Shown one piece after another: positions 60,494 through 64,000 of a stretch of DNA of 64,000 bases (positions within the stretch are counted from its first letter, which is position 1; each line of letters starts with the position of its first letter). Source of the DNA: an uncultured Planctomycetota bacterium (GTDB taxonomy: Bacteria > Planctomycetota > Planctomycetia > Isosphaerales > Isosphaeraceae). The position numbers were made by a program, and so were the translations under genes. The stretch is taken from NCBI GenBank assembly GCA_963737655.1, contig CAVTTN010000002.1, positions 2,656,001 to 2,720,000 of the forward strand, given 5' to 3'. A model generated the notes under the pieces. That model was given only the letters and a program-made list of their open reading frames with translations, ran no database searches and was not told where the DNA came from.

Positions 60494-61246
60494 ATGATCG
60501 CCTCCAAGACGCTCCGCCGCTTCCTGCTCGCCTCGCTGATGCTCGCCGTGGCCTCGCCCCTGGCCTGCGGTCAGGACAAGGGCGGCCGGGCCGTCGTGCC
60601 CGAGGCCCGCACCGACGCGAGCTGGTGGATCAACATGCATCAGAAGTTCGTCGATCGCGCCAAGAAGAAGGACATCGACCTCCTCTTCCTCGGCGACTCG
60701 ATCACCCAGGGCTGGGGCGAGAACCCGACCTGGCAGCGCTACTACGCCCCGAGGAACGCCGCGAACTTCGGGATCGGCGGCGACCGCACCCAGCACGTGA
60801 TCTGGCGGCTCGACAACGGCGAGATCGACGGGATCGCGCCCAAGGTGGCCGTCCTGATGATCGGCACCAACAACATCGGCTCGAACACGCCGGAGGAGAT
60901 CGCCGCCGGGGTCGAGAAGATCGTCAAGATGCTCCGCGAGAAGCTGCCGAACACGAAGGTCCTGCTCCTCGGCGTGTTCCCACGGGGGGGCAACGTGACG
61001 CGAGAGAATGCCAAGACCCTCACCGCCGCCTCGCAGGCCCCTCAGCCCGGCCAGATCAACGCCCTGATCGCCAAGCTCGACGACGGGAAGGCCGTCAAAT
61101 ATCTCGACATCGGCAAGTCCTTCCTGGACGCCAACGGCGAGATCCCCCGGGATCTCATGAACGACTTCCTCCACCTGACCGACGCCGGCTATCGCGCCTG
61201 GGCCGAGGCGATCGAGCCGACCCTCTGGGCGATGATGAACGACTGA
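60494..61246 (+). CDS. SGNH/GDSL hydrolase (PAF-acetylhydrolase IB-like)
   Basis: FLGDSIT, GIGGDRT, IGTNN and DFLHL; signal peptide. Confidence 0.92.
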   Translation: MIASKTLRRFLLASLMLAVASPLACGQDKGGRAVVPEARTDASWWINMHQKFVDRAKKKDIDLLFLGDSITQGWGENPTWQRYYAPRNAANFGIGGDRTQHVIWRLDNGEIDGIAPKVAVLMIGTNNIGSNTPEEIAAGVEKIVKMLREKLPNTKVLLLGVFPRGGNVTRENAKTLTAASQAPQPGQINALIAKLDDGKAVKYLDIGKSFLDANGEIPRDLMNDFLHLTDAGYRAWAEAIEPTLWAMMND

Positions 61247-61277
61247 CCGGCCGGGCCCGGCCCGAGGGGGGACCGGA

Positions 61278-62066
61278 TCAGGCCATCTTGTTCCCCCCGG
61301 TGCTCTCCAGGATCGCCTTGGCCGCGGCGCTGGCGTCCAGCCCGGCGAGCATCACGGGCTTCCAGGTGTCGTACGTGTTCTTGCGGATTTGATCGATGTA
61401 CTGGTTCAGTTGGCCGACCGTCTCGCCCGCGACCGAACCGATCGCCCGGAAGAGCTGGACGAACAGGAACATGGCCGGGGTGCCGGGCCGGGCGAGGTAC
61501 TGCATCGGGAACGTCCAGTTGATCAGCGTCAGGACGTTGCGGAGGTCGGCGGCCTTCGGGTCGAGGCACGGCCGATCGGGGGAGTGGTTGTCGAGGAAGT
61601 CCGCGCCGGTCACGCCCTCTCCGGAGGCCGAGAGTGGCTTGAAGAGCGCCTCGTCCGCCTCGATCATCGCGCGCGTCTCGAAGTACTTGTAGCAGTCGCG
61701 GACCGAGCCGAACGAGCCGGCCACCGTCCGCCCTTCGAGGAGCTTCAGCGCGTAGCGGGCCTTGACCTGGAGGTCGTGAATCCGCCTCTCGGCGACCTGG
61801 GACTCGGCGTCGAGCCTCTGGAGGTCGCTGTAGAGCTGCATGCGGACGGTGTCGAGGATCATCGCGCGTTCGATCTGCCCGGCGGCCTGGGCCTCGGCGA
61901 GCTCGGCCTGCGCCACGTTGAGCTTGTACTGGCCCAGGGCCCGGACGAAATCGTTGTAGACCTGCTCCCTCTTGATGAAGAAGTCGAGCAGGGCCTCCGT
62001 GCTCGCCCCGGCCCCTCCCGAGCCGGCCGAGGGGGCGTCCGCCGCGTTCAGGATCGGCTTGCGCAT
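61278..62066 (-). CDS. Hypothetical protein with an N-terminal coiled coil
   Basis: Protein-like ORF starting MRKPILN after a GGAGG RBS; no family recognised. Confidence 0.7.
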   Translation of the reverse strand: MRKPILNAADAPSAGSGGAGASTEALLDFFIKREQVYNDFVRALGQYKLNVAQAELAEAQAAGQIERAMILDTVRMQLYSDLQRLDAESQVAERRIHDLQVKARYALKLLEGRTVAGSFGSVRDCYKYFETRAMIEADEALFKPLSASGEGVTGADFLDNHSPDRPCLDPKAADLRNVLTLINWTFPMQYLARPGTPAMFLFVQLFRAIGSVAGETVGQLNQYIDQIRKNTYDTWKPVMLAGLDASAAAKAILESTGGNKMA

Positions 62067-62160
62067 CGGGTTTCCTCCGGACCCTCGACCGCGAAGGACC
62101 GCAACGGGGATGGCAGGCTTACGCCCCCGTAAGCCTGCCAACCGGGTCACCTCGAATCGG

Positions 62161-64000
62161 TTACTTCGACGCCGCCGTCACGCCGTCGATCGGCGCCACG
62201 AGCGACTTGAGGAACGTTTCGAGCTGGCGCTTTTCCTTCGCCGAGAGGGCGAAGAACGCCGTGGCCGACGTCTCGCCCTGGCCTCCGTGGAGGGCGACGG
62301 CCTGGTCGAGCGTGTCGGCGCGGCCGTCGTGGAGGTACGGGCCGGAGTCGCGGAAGCCCCAGAGGGGCGGGGTCCGCCACTCCTGGCGACCGGCCGGGCC
62401 GGTCGGCTTCTTCATCATCGGGGCCTGGGGCGCCCCCGGGGCGACCAGGACCGGCGCGGCGAGCTGGACCGGCGCGGCGAGCTGGACCGGCGCGGCGACC
62501 TCGACCTGGACGGTCTCGGTCACGACCGGCGGGGGGGGCGGAGTGACGTCCAGCGGCGAGACGAGCACCGGTTCCTGGAAGACGACCGCCTGCCGTCCCA
62601 TCATCATCCGCATCGCCAGGCGGCCGAGGAGCCGGTTCGGGGCTGGGACGAACCCGGTCTCGAACGCCATCGCTTGCTGGGCCTGGACCTCGTTGCCGGC
62701 CTCGGCGATCGGCCCTTCGGGCTGGGCCGGCGAGGGGTCGTCCTGGAAGTCCGGGTCGGACGAGTTCGGGGTGAACACGCCGTACTGGCCGGTGTCGCCC
62801 AGGTCCGGGCCGAGGTCGTGAACCAGCAGGTCGCTGTACACGCCCTCGACGTCTCCGAGGTTCGGCGAGTGGCACTTGGCGCAGCCGACGGTGGCGAAGA
62901 TCGCCCGGCCGGCCTTCACGTCGGCGTCGTCCTTCGAGATCTCCACCGGAGCGGCGAGGCCCTTGACGTAGGCGACCAGGGCGTCGCATTCGCGGGCGTC
63001 CATGTCCAGGCCCTTGGCCTTGGCGTCGGGCTTCTGGGGCAGGCCGCCCTGCGAGTGCCCGGGGACTTCCAGCCCGAGCTCGACGGCGCAGGCCGTCAGG
63101 ACGAAGTCATTGAGGCTGGGGGTCTGGGCCTTCCAGCCGAAGCGGCCGATCCGCCCGTCCTTTTGCTTCGCCACGCGGCCGGCGGTGGCGGGGTCGGCCT
63201 TCGCCTCGGCCTCCGCCCTGGCGATCAGGACCGATTCGGGGATCGCGTCGAGCTTGCCGGCGCCGAAGAGGCTGGTGGGGTTCCTCTGCGACCGCAACAG
63301 GCTGAACTCGCCGGCCGAGCCCTGGAAGTTCGAGGCGTTGCCGCGGAACTGGACCAGGGTCTTCGCCCGGTTGAGATCCGCCAGGGCACGGCTGCCGGCG
63401 GGGGAGTTCTCGGGCATCGCCGGGCCGAGGAAGTTGTCCATCCCCATCATGTTGTTCCGCCAGCCCTCGTACCCCGGCTCGACGCCGAAGCGGTGGAGGA
63501 CGACGCTCCGGGCCGTCCGGAAGCCGGCGTGGGCGGCGACCAGCGGCTTGGTGTCGGGCTTCCTCGGGACGAACCGGGCCTGGTTGACCTTCGGCCGGTC
63601 GATCCCCAGGAGGGCCTCGCCGGCTCGGGCGAAGAACCCATCGGAAGGGACCAGCGGCCCCTGGATGACCTGCCCCTGTCCGTTGGAGAAGGCCGAGAGG
63701 ATGTCCACGTTCTTGCTCGACGGGCCGGCGCCCCCGGCCCCTCCGGCATTGTGGCAGGCCACGCACGACGAATCGTTGAACACCGGGCCGAGGCCGTCGC
63801 CGCCGTGGCTCCGCGAGTCGTTCGGGGTCCACTCGCGGAGGAACAGCTCCCGGCCCTGGGCGACCAGGGCCGCCCGGTCCTTGGCCGTCGCCTCATCGTC
63901 GCACTCGCACTCGCACTTCGGGCCGTCGGCCGCCGCGGCCAGGCCGGCACCGCCCAGGACAATCAGAGCGGACACCCAGGTCCGCGCCAGGCCGGCGCAC
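62161..64000 (-). CDS. Di-heme oxidoreductase (DHOR)-family protein; start probably beyond the window
   Basis: DGLGPVFNDSSCVACH, GRFGWKA, GCAKCH, YSDLLVHDLG, WRTPPLWG and YLHDGRA. Confidence 0.9.
   Translation of the reverse strand, partial: CAGLARTWVSALIVLGGAGLAAAADGPKCECECDDEATAKDRAALVAQGRELFLREWTPNDSRSHGGDGLGPVFNDSSCVACHNAGGAGGAGPSSKNVDILSAFSNGQGQVIQGPLVPSDGFFARAGEALLGIDRPKVNQARFVPRKPDTKPLVAAHAGFRTARSVVLHRFGVEPGYEGWRNNMMGMDNFLGPAMPENSPAGSRALADLNRAKTLVQFRGNASNFQGSAGEFSLLRSQRNPTSLFGAGKLDAIPESVLIARAEAEAKADPATAGRVAKQKDGRIGRFGWKAQTPSLNDFVLTACAVELGLEVPGHSQGGLPQKPDAKAKGLDMDARECDALVAYVKGLAAPVEISKDDADVKAGRAIFATVGCAKCHSPNLGDVEGVYSDLLVHDLGPDLGDTGQYGVFTPNSSDPDFQDDPSPAQPEGPIAEAGNEVQAQQAMAFETGFVPAPNRLLGRLAMRMMMGRQAVVFQEPVLVSPLDVTPPPPPVVTETVQVEVAAPVQLAAPVQLAAPVLVAPGAPQAPMMKKPTGPAGRQEWRTPPLWGFRDSGPYLHDGRADTLDQAVALHGGQGETSATAFFALSAKEKRQLETFLKSLVAPIDGVTAASK

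Overview
This is a high-GC window whose gene content points to a planctomycete, probably Isosphaeraceae-like. The markers are a PVC-type heme/HEAT protein, a TIGR03067 protein, a DUF1080 protein, LEPRxLL-leader proteins, TPR Ser/Thr kinases and a PEP-CTERM protein. Most of it is ordinary chromosome: gnd, an aspartate aminotransferase, a FabF-like synthase, ParA, hydrolases and a 2423-aa SdrD-B-repeat surface protein. The exception is an island of about 10 kb (15.1-25.1 kb). It begins with an intact HUH/Y1 REP-associated tyrosine transposase (RAYT). It is punctuated by four clusters of one motif, AAAAGGGGACGGAGGAAATT, three arranged as inverted pairs with locally tandem-expanded outer ends. These sites sit at the borders of unrelated cargo: a TPR kinase, a toxin-antitoxin-like pair, a truncated DUF4238-like fragment, a nuclease-like orphan and a nitrilase-fold orphan. 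The layout resembles a gene-cassette array served by a RAYT rather than an integron integrase; that reading is inference. The island also contains a complete IS701-family element (CTAA duplication) and a 228-bp IS4-like MITE inserted into one repeat with an 11-bp duplication. Five otherwise intact genes carry single frameshifts, most likely assembly indels. No rRNA, tRNA or CRISPR array was recognised. All family calls come from reading motifs by eye; no searches were run.
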